From assembly GCF_009914755.1 (NCBI RefSeq), contig NC_060947.1: DNA of 64,000 nt. One strand, 5' to 3'. Positions 1 through 16,725 of the stretch are shown one piece after another (the first letter of the stretch is position 1; each line of letters begins with the position of its first letter). The stretch is from the human T2T-CHM13v2.0 reference genome, Homo sapiens. The translations under genes and the position numbers were made by a program. Below the pieces are notes generated by a model. It saw nothing but the letters and a program-made list of their open reading frames with translations. It had not been told where the DNA came from and did not search any database.

Positions 1-4034
<4,034 letters not shown>

Positions 4035-4064
4035 TGTACCTTATTGTTTAATGGATATGTAGTA

Positions 4065-4483
4065 CAGTTGACCCTAGAACAACATGGGTTTGAAATGTGT
4101 AGGTCCACTTATACATGGAGTTTCTTCTACTTCTGCCAGCCCTGGGACAGCAAGACCAACTCTTTCTCTTCCTCCTTCTCCTTTGACTACTCAACATGAT
4201 GAGGATGAAGTGGATGAAAATCTTTATGATGATTTACTTTCATTTATTGGATAGTAAATGTACTTTCTCCTCCTTATGATTTTCTTAATAATATTTTCTT
4301 TTTCCTAGCTTACTTTATTGTAAGAATACAGTATACTGGTAATCAATTGTTTATGTTATTGGTAAGGCTTCCAGTCAACAGTAAACTATTAGTAGTTAAG
4401 TTTTGAGAGTCAAACTTATATATGAATTTTCAACTGTGCAGGAATTGGTGCTCCTAACCCCTAAGTTGTTCAAGTGTCAACTG
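4065..4483. mobile_element. Tigger2a/MER28-like TcMar-Tigger non-autonomous DNA transposon
   Basis: Terminal inverted repeats cagttgaccctagaacaac ... gttgttcaagtgtcaactg, TA on both sides, ~420 bp. Confidence 0.85.
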
Positions 4484-4517
4484 TATTCCATTGAAGAGAT
4501 ACTCTTTAATCCTTATT

Positions 4518-4751
4518 ACAGAGATCAGCAAGTTATAGCCCACCAGCCAAATCCAGCCCACTTCCTATTTTTATAAATAAAGTTTTACTAAAAGACAACC
4601 ATGCTTGTTTGCTTACATATTATTATCTATGGCTATTTTTGTGTCACAATTGCAGAGATGAGTAGTTGCCACAGAGACCATCTGGCCTTCAAAACTGAAC
4701 GTATTTACTATCTACTACCTGACTCTACAGAAAAAAAGTTTTCTAACCCTG
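4518..4751. mobile_element. MER58A-like hAT-Charlie MITE
   Basis: Motifs gccaaatccagccca, aataaagttttac, gagtagttgccacagagacca, tatttactatct; ~230 bp. Confidence 0.7.
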
Positions 4752-5328
4752 TCTTATAACAACCACCGAAGTTAAGTAAGGCACAGATTGCCTTATTTGG
4801 GTAATTGTGTGTGTGTTGGGGGATGGGTGGTGAATGTTTCTGTGTGTTCATGAATGTATGTATGTGTCCTACAAATTTCATCCTATATGGTAGTCTCATT
4901 CCTGAAATATCACGTGTCAATTGAATAATAATTTCAATGACCTCAGTTTGCTAATTAAAGAACTATTACACCAAGTGATTTGTTCTAATGAAGAGTTCTT
5001 CTAAAAAGTGAAAAGGCAACACCTAATACCATACTGTTTTATTCAGTATTTTGGCTTGCTGTAATGTGCCCCTGTTCATCTAAAACCCATATATGCCAGC
5101 ACACATACTTACACACTCGTAAATACATTCATATGTACATTCACATTCATATTCACTCATTCACACACACACACACACACATACATGCACACAATACAAT
5201 GTGGAATGAGTAATATCATGCCATCAGCATTAGCAGGCTTGTGCTTATTTTGGCTTTCTCATTCACCTTATCCTAGGAGGTGCCACAGTCCTCAGGTCCA
5301 CTGAGGGAAAGAAGGGTTTAAGAAGTGT

Positions 5329-5630
5329 GGCCTGGCACAGTGGATCTTACCTGTAATTCCCTCACTTTGAGAGGCTGAGGTGTAAAGATTGCTTGAGCAA
5401 GGAGTTTGAGACCAGCCTGGGCAACATAGTGAGACCTCATTTCTACAAAAACAAAAATATGAAAAAAAGAGCTGGTTGTGGTGGTATGTGCCTGTAGTCC
5501 AGGCTACTCAGGAGGTTGAGGCAGGAGGATTGCTTGAGCCCAGGAGTTTGAGGACGCAGTGAGCTGAGATGATACCACTGCATGCCAGCCTAAAGGACAG
5601 AGCGAGAGCATACCTCCAAAAAAATAAAAA
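5329..5630 (+). mobile_element. AluJ
   Basis: Dimeric Alu with J diagnostics (gattgcttgagc, gggcaacatagtgagacc, ggattgcttgagcccaggagtttgagg) and A tail. Confidence 0.9.
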
Positions 5631-6014
5631 GGTGAGATGTAGTGGCTTTGACAGGTCTATGAGCTTGAAGGTAGGAAGAACATTCGGTGGAGTGAACAGC
5701 AGGAAAGGAAACCAAGTTGGAAGTGGGATGCCCAGATGTGGAGGAAACAGGAGACTGGTGCCTCTCTAGAGAAAGCTAGCCTAGTAGAGAGACCTGATCC
5801 CATAAATCAATGGTTTGTTCTGGGGCAGAAAGGGGGATAAGAAGCCATTGGCAGTACTACAGGCAAGGTGGAATGGGAAGACCAAGCACATGGAAAAGAT
5901 TGTGTCATTAATCTGAATAAGAGCAAAAAGAAAAGCCACCAGTTGTTGAATACTTCCTATGAGCTGGGCATTAGGTTAAATGCTTACCTGCTTACTTGGT
6001 TAAACCAATACTGG

Positions 6015-6370
6015 TCCTTCCCCTTCCTAGCTGAGCAGCTTCAGCTAAGTCACTAAACCTATCTGAGTCTCCCTTTCCTCATTTATACACTGGGAATAAT
6101 AATGACACAGACATCACAGGTTTCTGGTGAGGATTAAATACTTATAATGTGCTTAGAGCATTGCTCAGCACTTACATAATAAATGTTAGCCATCATTATC
6201 TTTGTTATCATAATTTCTTTGCCTATGACTTGAGTGCTATTATGATCGCCATTTTACAGATGATGAAATAGAGGCATAGGGAGTTTGCATGACTTGTCTA
6301 AAGTGTCACAGAGAGTATGTTAGAGGAACAGGTTTTGGATCCCAAGTGAAAGTTCTTAAACACTCTACTC
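6015..6370. mobile_element. MIR fragments in opposite orientations
   Basis: aagtcactaaacctatctgagtctccctttcctcatttata and ccattttacagatgatgaaatagaggc MIR core motifs. Confidence 0.65.
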
Positions 6371-6764
6371 CAGGGCTTCTCCATCTTCCACTTGCAGATG
6401 GATCACTGGAGCATCCTATTAAAGTGCAGACCTTTAAGTCTGCAGAGATGGAACGGGGCCCGAGATTCTGCACTTCTAAGTAGCCACCAGGGGATGCTGG
6501 GTTGCTGGTCCTTGACCACATTTTCAGGAGGAAGGTTCTATTACCTTTCTATTAGAGACCTAGGTCCTCACACTGAGGAGATTCTTCTTAAGAATGTCTG
6601 TCTGAATTTCTCAACACTCTCCTCATTGAATTTAGAACACTAGCTTTCAGTGGTTTTTTTTTTCCACCTTAGATATGAGTCTCACAGAATTCAATTTAGT
6701 TTATCCTATAACTTGTCATCATTTTCAGACATGTCATTTGAATCAGCAGTACATAAATACTCAC

Positions 6765-6819
6765 CAAGTTATCCTAGCTTTGCCAGTTAAATCGCTTTTA
6801 GTGCTTATCAAATCAATTT
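6765..6819 (-). pseudogene. Candidate exon relic (55 nt)
   Basis: actggcatttcag| acceptor, ttg|gtgagt donor; open frame EIDLISTKSDLTGKARIT. Confidence 0.35.
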
Positions 6820-6899
6820 CTGAAATGCCAGTTTCATATTGTTAATTATTACCTTTTTACTTTTATGAAAGGTAATGTATTTTCTTTGGTTCTTTTCCT

Positions 6900-7545
6900 A
6901 ACCATCCATTCAATAAATATGTATTACCTCCCTACCATTGGCCATGCACTGTTGTGGACACTCAGCATAGAAAAATGAACAAAAACAGGCAGCTTATCCT
7001 CAGGGAGTTGAAAACCTGTTAGAGGGAGGATAAAGAGAAAAATAAGTAAGAATACCAGCTAGCAAGTTATTGATAAATTACAATAGAGACAAGTAAATCC
7101 AGGCAGCCGGGCAGGGAGAAGGTTGTGGGTGGTGGGGGGTGAGAATAGGAGATGCTTTTTTTCTGTAGAGTATCTAGGGAAGGCCACACAAATAATGTGT
7201 CCTTTAAGCACAGCCCTCAGGAAAATGAGAGAACACTATGTGTCTATCTGGGGAAAGAATATTCTAAGCAAATATTTGGAGAAAAACCAGGAGGAGATTG
7301 TGGAAGTCAGAGAGTAGGAGGTAGCAAGAGTTAAGTTTGGAGAAGTCATGGGGTGGCACTGGCTAGGGAGTACCTTAGAGAGCTGTGGAAGAACTTGGGC
7401 TTTTACTTTCATGAGATGGGATCAATGGCAGAATTTTGAGCAGAGGAGTTTTTATAAGATGACTCTGGCTTCTGCATAAAGAATAATGAGAGGGGAGGGG
7501 TTAGGGCCAGGTAGAAATGGAACATACACCAGTTAGGAGGTTGGA
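6900..7545 (-). mobile_element. L2 relic
   Basis: ccattcaataaatatgtatt...ccatgcactgttgtggacactcagc L2 3'-end motif; gaattttgagcagaggag...actctggct. Confidence 0.6.
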
Positions 7546-7649
7546 AATATTTACTTTACGGTATGTTATGATGTAAGTAAGCATTTAACCACTGACAAGT
7601 TTACAGGGTTGAACTCTGTCCAAAGAATCAGCAATAAGGATGGCAAAAA

Positions 7650-7855
7650 CTACCATTGACCAAGGATCTACTCTATTTCAGGCACTCAGATAATGGTTTC
7701 ACATGGTGTGACCTCACTGAATCCTCACCACAACCCTATCAAGTAGGTCATGGCCATTTTCAGAGAAGGAAACCAAGGTGCAGAGAGGTTAAGCCACTTG
7801 CTCACGATCACATAGCGAAAAAAGGGCAAAATCAGGATTCAAGCTTAAGTCTCTA
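7650..7855 (-). mobile_element. MIR
   Basis: aatcctcaccacaaccctat...ccattttcagagaaggaaaccaaggtgcagagaggttaagccacttgctc. Confidence 0.75.
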
Positions 7856-8268
7856 ATTTCGCAATACTATCCTTCCTCCCATAATCATAAGGATCACAAT
7901 TAAAGACAGATCAAAACTACTGTCAACTGTAATTTATCTTTATTCTATCTCTATCAATATGCTAACAAAATTCTGCTATTCCATGGCTTTATGACCAACC
8001 TTTAATTTGGAGCAATGCAAAATAACATAATGAGTATAAGGTCCTAGGCTGAGAAACTGGGTCCAATTTTATCAGATGACTCTCTTGGCAAAGGAGATAA
8101 GAAGTCTGTTAGCTGACCTATCGCCTTTCCAAAGCTTTTTGAGACAAACTCATTTTTGAGCCTCTTTTCCTCTAATTCTGATAATTTCATCAGCTACTTG
8201 TATTAAGGGGAACAGGTCAGTCTCCCCGCTAGACACTGCTGATTAGTTTATGCTGGAGGCCATCTTAC

Positions 8269-8491
8269 GTGCTTGGTTGTTTAGGACGTCTTGCCTCTGT
8301 GAAGTGGCACTTAAGGCAAAACAAGGTTTTAAAGGTAAAACAAGGTTTATATTGCTTTTCAACCCTGGTGTTAGAAAAGCTTCTACTATGGATCATATGC
8401 TCATGGAATTAACTGCAGTTTTTTAAGAACTTTATAGTGAACCCACTGCATCTGGTAAATTCAATTTAGTAGACAAAAGACAAAGTCATTG
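8269..8491 (-). pseudogene. Candidate MROH-like exon relic
   Basis: Donor cac|gtaaga; frame reads LPDAVGSL*SS*KTAVNSMSI*SIVEAFLTPGLKSNI..CFAL, resembling recalled MROH1 EPPDSL..KKAM..SVEPAL. Contains a 19-bp tandem duplication at ~8313-8350. Confidence 0.45.
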
Positions 8492-8655
8492 CTGTAATTG
8501 TTAGGATCATATTACCTTGGAAATGCTAGAGTAACTTAAACAGAGAAAGTGTATTTTAGTTCCGGGTAAAACAAATCTAATAGACCCATTTAACTCAGTG
8601 ATACTACCCTTTCATCCCTTCCATGCTCTCCTAAACATGTGTGCACACTCATGCT

Positions 8656-8658
<3 letters not shown>

Positions 8659-8691
<33 letters not shown>
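8659..8691 (+). repeat. (CA)n microsatellite
   Basis: About 16 perfect CA units. Confidence 0.95.
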
Positions 8692-8693
<2 letters not shown>

Positions 8694-9934
8694 AAAGGCT
8701 GCAAGCTGTCTTTATAGACTTTCTATTGCTTCAGAAGCCACTTCCTGGCCTGGTCTTTCATCTGAAATCTCAGTATGACATCTCAGCACTGAAGGCAGTT
8801 ATTTCTGTTGGTCTCTGGTTGAGAGATAGGCAGCGTCCCATCTCCAAAGCTTCATTCTGTGGGTTGGGTAGCCATGCTGCCCCTCACCCTCACCCCAACC
8901 TGCTCCACACCCAACATCCAGGAAAGAAGATGAAACTCTGGTGTGTAGACTTAACAATATTTTTTTAAAGACTGTAAATCTCTACTATTTATTGCTAGCA
9001 AATAAGCATCCTGGAGATTCACATGTATTTTCTGGCAAATGCTCACAGATACATGGCCAGCTGTTGCCCAAATTAAAGGGCATAAAGTGTCCCCTGTGAG
9101 CAAAAGTTGCAAGAACTTTATCTAGAAACTGTCAAGCAAATCTTAAGGCTTTGCCACTTAACTGCCTCATGACCACAAGCAAGTAACTTCAGCTCTCTGA
9201 GCCACAGGGTTCTCATTTATAAATGAGGTAAATGGCATTTCCTTCTTTTCCACTTGCATTGGCCCTCATTTTCCCCAATGCAGGTCCTCTGGTTTGGTGG
9301 TGAGTTGTTTTTCCATCATAGATGCACTTAAGTGCTGTTTCCAGATAATGGGAAAGCAGAAAGCCGCAGGTGAGAACAGAGAGCTGATGGGCCACATTCT
9401 CCCTGATTAACCCCATGGGAATCCTCAGGCACATTTCAAGTCCTTTGGCCAGAATACAGGCCACCTAAGACCTTGCAGGGACTGAAGGACCAGCCTTTGG
9501 GAGAAGGGTGCTGCCTCAAGTGGCCCAAGGAAAGAGTCCCACAGGCAAATGTGGGTGCTCACTCTGTAGCCTGGGCATCTTGGGTAATGTGATATTCTGT
9601 ACTTCCGGATGGTGCTTTTCAGTTTATAAAACATTTTACCATCCACGATTGCATTCAAGCTTTCCACTCATGTGTGAGGTGGGCAGGACAGTTGTTACTC
9701 TATGTCCATTTTTATAGATTAAAAAACTGAGACTCAGAGAGTTGAAGGGACTTGCTCTTACATGCAAGAGTCCAATCCACAAGATGAGCTTTACTAATCA
9801 TAAACTCAGCCCTTTTTCATTATCTCCCCACCTTACTGCCAGATCTGTCCCTAGATTTGAAATAATGATGCAGCTGTTTTCCCTTCATGACACCTGTGAG
9901 GAAATGGAGCTGAAATTCTCTTTGTCTACACTTA

Positions 9935-11060
9935 GTCCCTGATGATCTTGTGGCTTTAAATATGCACAGATGCATTTGCATCTCCAGCATGGCCTCTTTT
10001 GAACTCTAGCCTCATCTATCCAACTGACTACTTGGAGTCTCCTCTGGGATTGCTAGGAGATATTTTGAACTTAGGAGGTTCCAAACTGAAATCCTGATAT
10101 TTCCCTACCCCCTGCCCAGACAGGTCATTCTTCCAGCTGCTCTGGCCAGAAGCCCTGGAGTCACCTTTGACATCTCTCCTCTTATACCCCATGTCTGAGC
10201 TATCAGCAAAATATATTCTCCAATCTAACCATTTCGTCCCCTCCCACTCCTACCAGCCGGGTCCAAGTGGATCTCATCTCTCCCCTGCATCACTACAATC
10301 ACCTCTCTGTTCCTACTGGTTCTTTCCTTTTCCCCTCAACACTTTATTCCTCCCAGAGGCAGCCTGATCACATGTGAGTCACAGCATAGCCCTCCTCTTC
10401 TCAAAACCTTCCCATGGCCCCCCAACTCACTCAGAGTAAAAGTCTCCACAGTGGCTTCTGAGGCCTTGCGTGATCCAGACACCCTCTAACTTCTTTTTTT
10501 TTTTTTTTTTTTTTTTGAGACAGAAGTCTCGCTCTGTCGCCCAGGCTGGAGTGCAGTGGCGCGATCTCGGCTCACTGCAAGCTCCGCCCGCCTCCCAGGT
10601 TCATGCCATTCTCCTGCCTCAGCCTCCCGAGTAGCTGGGACTACAGGCGCCCGCCACCACGCCCGGCTAATTTTTTGTATTTTTTTTTTAGTAGAGATGG
10701 GGTTTCACCGTGTTAGCCAGGATGGTCTCGATCTCCTGACCTCGTGATCCACCCGCCTCGGCCTCCCAAAGTGCTGGGATCACAGGCGTGAGCTGCTGCG
10801 CCCGGCCCAGACACCCTATAACTTCTTAGACCTTCTCTCTTATTACTTTCCTTTGGCTTCTCTCTTTTTCTTCTTCTTCTTTTTTTTTTTTTTTTTTTAA
10901 ATCTGTCACTGACTTGAAGCTCAATACTTGGCTATTCTCTTCACTCAAATTTCACTTCCCACCTAGCCGTTCCAGGAACAAACCAGACTGTTCCTACCTC
11001 AAGGCCTTTGTCTTAGCTGGTTCCTCTGCCTGGACCATGTACCCTCTTCACCCAGATATC
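9935..11060 (+). mobile_element. L2 relic interrupted by AluY
   Basis: tggctttaaatatg, ccaactgactacttgga, ccctggagtcacctttgac, tcaaaaccttcccatggc, ctcaaggcctttgtcttagctggttcctctgcctgg. Confidence 0.75.
10496..10807 (-). mobile_element. AluY with 20-bp TSD
   Basis: Y diagnostics (ctgcaagctccgcc, caccgtgttagccaggatggtctcgatctcctgacctcgtg), CpG-rich; TSD cagacaccct(c/a)taacttctt at 10476-10495 and 10808-10827. Confidence 0.95.
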
Positions 11061-11499
11061 ATCAGGGCTACCCCCCCACAACTCCCACAAAGTAGTGGCT
11101 TAAGACATTTTGTTGGATGGATATCTATTGAACATAGAAAGGTGGAGATAGAAAGCCAGTGAATGTCAGAGATGAGGAACTAAGGACACCAAGTCATTCA
11201 ATTCATGCTGAGACCTTAGTCCCTGCCCCCAGTGCATTGTAATTTATAGTTTGCATACCTGAATAAATCATGCTTAGGGTAATGATTAGAGACAGGATTA
11301 ACAGTTGCCTTTCAAGGGCAGGGACCTGTATGCTTCATTTTTGAAACTCTAGCTACTAGCACAGCTATTAAGGTATAGTGAATGCTGAATAAAATGTTTA
11401 TAGAGTACATGAAGAAATGATGGGTGATCCCATGAACAGAAAGGGGAATTATTAACTAAAGATAAAAACGCTGGTGAGAGAGAGAATAAACATCCTTAA

Positions 11500-11750
11500 T
11501 GATGATAATAGCAAACAGTGTGTAGCATTTACTCCATGTCTGACACTATTCTAAATATTTTATACATATTAACTCACTTACTTTTCATGTAACCTTCTGA
11601 GGTATATATTTCCCCATTTTTCCAATGAGGAAATGGAAATACTTTGAAGTTAAATAGCTTGACCATGACCACACAGCGACTTAAATTCAAAGCTGGGATT
11701 TGAACCCAGGCAATCTGATCCCAAATCCATGTTTTTACCTCCCACATTAT
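11500..11750 (-). mobile_element. MIR
   Basis: ccccatttttccaatgaggaaatgga...aaagctgggatttgaacccaggcaatctga. Confidence 0.75.
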
Positions 11751-12395
11751 ACCAAATCTAGAATTTAAGATTATTATAAATGTCTATTTTAGTATGCTGA
11801 GCCCTGGAGAGATGATTAAGGAGAGAATAACCTTACTAGAATTCACTATTTTCCACTGTTTTTGAACCTTTATTAGACCAAACTTTTAGACTACCTTATT
11901 GGCTAATGTTTAACAAGTCATATTTCAGATTATTATTATTCTTGTTTTTTAAAAGCTCAATGTGATTTATGAGTTTGCATACCTACATGAGTCAGCTTTA
12001 GGATAAAGATTACAAATGAGTGAGGGGTTGCCCCTCAAGACCGGAACCTCATATGCTTCATTTTTGAAACTAGCTTTTAGCCCAGAAAAGATATTGTTCA
12101 AATAATATAAAAATAAAAGGTTTTGCTCATGTGCTCTACTAAAAATATCATGGCTGGGGCATGGATTGGGATGACTTTGACCTAGGCTAGAATGCCATCT
12201 ATCAAAGGAAAAGAATAGAAGTTATGTGACCTTGAAAACTACTTTGAGAACCAAAGAATAAATTTCTATGGACTTGTTCTACAGTAAAGAACTCTGCCAA
12301 GATGGGTACATATTTATTCCAAGCAAGCAGAAATTAGTGTTGTTTTCATTTTGATTATTGTTCTTTGAGCATCCTGGGGAGATAGGCTAACAAGA

Positions 12396-12600
12396 TGTGT
12401 GTGTGTGTATATATATATATGAATATATATGTATTCATCTTTGTGTCCCCAGGGCCTACCTCAGGGCCTGGCACAGAGCATGTACTATGTGAATGGCTAT
12501 GTGAATGTACTAGATGAATATATATGTATTCATATATATGTATATATAAAAGACCTATATATGAATATATATATTCATACATATATTCATATATATATAT
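12396..12600 (+). repeat. Compound (TG)n(TA)n microsatellite interrupted by a 67-bp foreign insert
   Basis: gtgtgtgtgtatatatatatgaatatatat ... tatatattcatacatatattcatatatatata flanking 12434-12500. Confidence 0.9.
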
Positions 12601-13339
12601 TCAAAGCCTTTTAAGCACATATCACTATTATTAGAATGATGAAGAGACTTAGAGCAGTTTGATATTGTTATCTTTAGATTACATAATTTAACATATGGGA
12701 TTTAAAAGCTATATTCCTATTACACTGTTCCTTTCAGCTAGTAAAAACATTAAAATCTCAGTGAAAATTGAGTCAATAAGATCACATAATATATACTCAG
12801 CTGCACGTCTCTATTGACAAAAGTACAATGAAAACATTGTGGTCTTACATAAATCTTTCTTCGTAGCTCACTGGAATAAGTACATTCTTAGACAGTTTAA
12901 TACTTTTTGTTAAATATATGAAGACAACAGTGAACTATACGTCCAGTAGATTGCTACCTAAGTTTTGTGATACAGTCTGTCTTTGTGGCCATCTGTGTCC
13001 CAATATAATTAAGTTATTGGATCAGTCGATTCTGACATGGGGTGTTCTATGCATCAATTTGATAGACAAAAACAGCAAGAGTTGAATAATCTTCTTGGAT
13101 AGTAGTTGCCAAAACTTGCTATAGTCTTGCTGTTTAAGAGAAGCCACTAGACTTATGAATATATTCCATTAGCTTGGCAGAATGCATTTCTGTAACATGC
13201 AGTCCCTGATGCAGAAGTAGTCATCATAGGGATGCTGGGGGGAGGGACGGTGACATCATTCAGCACCATTCAATAGCCATTCACATAGTACATGCTCTGT
13301 GCCAGGCCCTGAGGTAGGCCCTGGGGACACAAAGATGAA
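12434..13339. repeat. Perfect 67-bp inverted repeat pair (12434-12500 and 13273-13339)
   Basis: Compared base by base: 67/67 reverse-complement identity; also visible as the same peptide SSLCPQGLPQGLAQSMYYVNGY in two opposite-strand ORFs. Confidence 0.97.
12849..13129 (-). pseudogene. Candidate MROH-like exon relic (281 nt)
   Basis: ggcttctcttaaacag| acceptor, tat|gtaaga donor; HKT*VAIY/GRIVHC...ATKKDL (one +1 frameshift) resembles recalled MROH2B KTDVMVIYGAVALH...NKDMDL. Confidence 0.55.
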
Positions 13340-14204
13340 GAAGTCATAGTCCTGCCCCAATTTATAGCATTCCCTTTGGCTTTGAAATAGTATCTAATAG
13401 CTTTAGCATTCAATGGGAAGCTTATTGTGGCATTGGAAGGTAAAGGTTTTGTTTGCTTTGAGGAGGAAGGCTTCATTAGGTTGTGCTGATTCAATTGCTT
13501 GACATTTTCCTTTTCACTTTTCACCAGGGAACAATGGATTTCTGTGCAGAAATCACATGGGTTGGCAGTTTGTAATTTGGGTGATTAAGGATCTTCCTAA
13601 AAAATGTGAAGCTGACAACAGCTATAAATAAAAGTTTAACTATTCGTAATTAATTTAGTCATAGTTTATGTATTACTACAAATGTTACTAGTATCACTTG
13701 TAAATATATCATTGACTTGGAAATGAAAATGACTTATTGAATTTTCTAGTCCATTCTCTATCAATGCAAAATTTTCCCCTCCTGTATTTTCTTAATTGCT
13801 TAAGCCAATCTGTCATGTTTTTAACGACTTGATATATTAATAAATTAAGGTTTGGGGCCCACAGAGGGAAAACGTATATATATATTACAGTAGATTATGT
13901 TCCATACAGGAGGGTTATACTCCTGCCAATATCAAACTTATTTACTTTTTAGAAAGAAAAACAAAGGAGACTTAAAATCTTAAGAGAGAATGTTGAGTTC
14001 AATATAAAGACTAGCAAGAAAATTATAGTTATTAAAAGGCCTTCTATTTGAGTAAAATGATCACAATTTAATATTTAGACTCACTCTGTTGCAATATTTT
14101 TATTCCTGTTTAGTATTGTAACCATTTTGGATACCACATATTTTGAGGTTTTTCCAAAATGTCCTTAAAGAAATTTATGAACAATTGACTCTTTTGGCAC
14201 AGGC

Positions 14205-14315
14205 TGTTTCTTCATCTCTAATACTCCTGCTTTTATCCAAGACACAGTAAGCTCCAACTTTTTCACATTTCTCCTGCTGTGAACTCCAGTACCCTATATT
14301 TTTACCTAGAATCAC
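14205..14315 (-). pseudogene. Candidate MROH-like exon relic
   Basis: ILGKNIGYWSSQQEKCEKVGAYCVLDKSRSIRDEET resembles recalled MROH1 FLYKCIGTTLGAASSKEVVRKHLQELLETARYQEE; splice sites unclear. Confidence 0.4.
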
Positions 14316-14361
14316 GGTTCTGTTGTGTCCTCTGGTTAAAGATCCCCTGCACCCCTCCCCC

Positions 14362-14364
<3 letters not shown>

Positions 14365-14397
<33 letters not shown>
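14365..14397 (+). repeat. (CT)n microsatellite
   Basis: About 16 CT units. Confidence 0.95.
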
Positions 14398-14401
<4 letters not shown>

Positions 14402-14892
14402 GAAATGTAGTTTCCTTCTTTCAGTACATTTTTACCCTTCCCAAACTGGTGCCCATGGTAGAAAAATGACATGTGATTGGGGCCAATGAAGCAACTATTA
14501 TTACAAATCCGAAGAACTAGGCCAAAGAAGAAATGAATAGAAAAGCAATGACTAGACTTGAGTATAATTAAAAAAAATAGAAAATACAAATGAATTATGA
14601 CACCTGTCATCTTTTTAATATGGAATGCTGCCCAATACCCCAAATCACTTGACATTTATATGTGACTTTGTTTTCACAAACTCTTTGAGTACAAAGAGCT
14701 TTGTGATAATTACTTGGTTATTTATATTCATGTTCTATGTGGGAGTTCAGCATTATATCAAGATCTCTTTTCATTAGGGGAACTTGAAGATGACAGGAAG
14801 GCTGCTCTTTCAGCACCACTGACTCATGGGAAGTACAGAGGAAACCAAGAACAATGCTAATCTAAACAGCTTCACCTCCCAACTTGGACATG

Positions 14893-14985
14893 GTTCTCCT
14901 TGGGATCAGTAGTTTAGAACCATTTATTGTTCATTTCTTGAACGAAGGAACAGGCAATTTTTTTTGTTTCTTGAATTTGGAGATG
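14893..14985 (-). pseudogene. Candidate MROH-like exon relic
   Basis: HLQIQETKKIACSFVQEMNNKWF*TTDPKEN resembles recalled MROH1 LAIISDNAWICQLSLELCRQLPCYDEAPQEK; splice sites unclear. Confidence 0.45.
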
Positions 14986-16249
14986 GGAAACTTCATATTC
15001 TCACATTCAGATTCATGATTACCAGATTTTTAATTAATCTTACACATGTATCTTTTTTTTTTCTCATGCTGAAAATTTCAGTGGTTTGGAAAGAGGCAGG
15101 TGGAGTCCTGGCAGAGTTTGTAGAATGGAAGGGACTGGAGTTGACTTAAATGTTGGTACTTAAGAGGCACCAAGTTAGGACAAGTTGAAAATTTTAAAAG
15201 GAAGGGATGGTCAATAGTGTAAAATTCCTGATAAAGCAGGAAGAGGGACACTCTATCCATAATATTACTAGGCCGCAAGCAGGGTTCTAGAATACTGGTG
15301 CAGGAAGCCTACAAAGTCTTTGTCACTTGGAAGGTCTCTTCCTCCTGGATTCTGCAGGAATGCATATCTTCCCCTAAGTTGATCTTGTCATGACCGTTTA
15401 GGTTTAAGAGAAGGCATCGTATATTGGTTCTCTAACCGTCCATAGCAACACACTTAGGAATAGAACTGGCTTGGATTCCCAGGCCAATGTTCTTTCTGTA
15501 CATTATGCTTTTGTTGTTGAACGTAGTGTTTTTAAAAATTATATCTTCATTATTTTTAATTGCTGATTAATGTTTTTCTCTGTACTTCGTACATTTTGTC
15601 TACTAGTTTTATTTAGAGCTGGTTTCTGCATATGAAGTAAATCTGAGAGAGTGGGCCCTCCTTGCCCAGATGTCTAACGCAGCCCTCCTCTCCCACTCCT
15701 CTTCTCATATCCCTCTCATCACTAAGTTCTACAGTCTTATACTACTTATTACCATTTGAAAATATCTCTTTAGGCTGTTTAATTTTTTACGATCTAATTA
15801 ACTCCCCAACTGGACTTTGAGCTCCTTGAAGATATAAAATTTCTTTGTTCTGGTGCTAGAACCATACCCCAAGTTCCAAACAGTGATTATCACATAGAAG
15901 CCCTTGGATAAGGCCATTCTAGAAGTTTGTAAGAAGTTCATATTTGTCCTTTCCTCAAAAACATAATTTGTAATAAATAAATAGATAAATAATAAACTCA
16001 TTAAATGGAGTATCTGCAATAAGGTAGTATGTGTTTATTCATTCTTTTTTGATCAAATATTTACCAAATTACTATTTGGGCTGTGCACTGGGCTAGGTGT
16101 TTAGAGTACAGTAAAAATGAGACATGGCTCCTGCCTTCAAAGAACGTATAGTCTAATAAAAAAAAAACAGACATGTAAACAAAAATAGAAATATTGGGTA
16201 AAAAAACACTACGTTCAAAGTCTACATAAATCATCTCTTCCCCCTCCAC

Positions 16250-16725
16250 CCTGGCTTCACTGGAGTCATAAAGGGATATTTAAAAAATACTGATGCCTGA
16301 AAGAAGTCAGAGACAAAAGGCCACGTATTATTTGATTCCAGTTACGTGAAAATTTAAAATAAGCAAATGCATAGAGAGAGAAAGGAGATTAGTAGATACT
16401 GAGGGCTGAGGGGTGGAGGAAGAGAAGAAATGAGGAGTGACTGTTAATGAATATGAGGTTGGTTTTTTTTTTGGAATGATGAAAATGTTCTAGAATTGGA
16501 TAGTGGTAATAGTTGCATAACCTTGAAAATATACTAAAAAATTCGATTTTATACTAAATGAGTGCATTATATGGTATGTGAATTGCATATCAAGACAATT
16601 TTTTTTTAAATTCTGATGCCTGACTTTCACTTCTAAAGATTCTGATTTAATCAGTCTGGAATGTACTGTGGGCATTGAGGTTTTCAGAGGCATCTCTGGG
16701 GGCCTAGGTTGAGGACCACTGGTCT
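16250..16725. mobile_element. MER5-family hAT-Charlie element split by an L1M 3' fragment
   Basis: aaaaatactgatgcct...agattctgatttaatcagtctgg...ggttgaggaccactg. Confidence 0.7.
16301..16607 (+). mobile_element. 5'-truncated L1MB-type 3' end with preserved 16-bp TSD
   Basis: aagaagtcagagacaaaaggccac...gaaaatgttctagaattggatagtggt; TSD aaat(a/t)ctgatgcctga at 16285-16300 and 16608-16623. Confidence 0.8.

Noticed and set aside
8118-8193. Additional open minus-strand mini-exon (LMKLSELEEKRLKNEF)
   Set aside because: Weak splice sites and unconvincing similarity; left out of the pseudogene model pending alignment.
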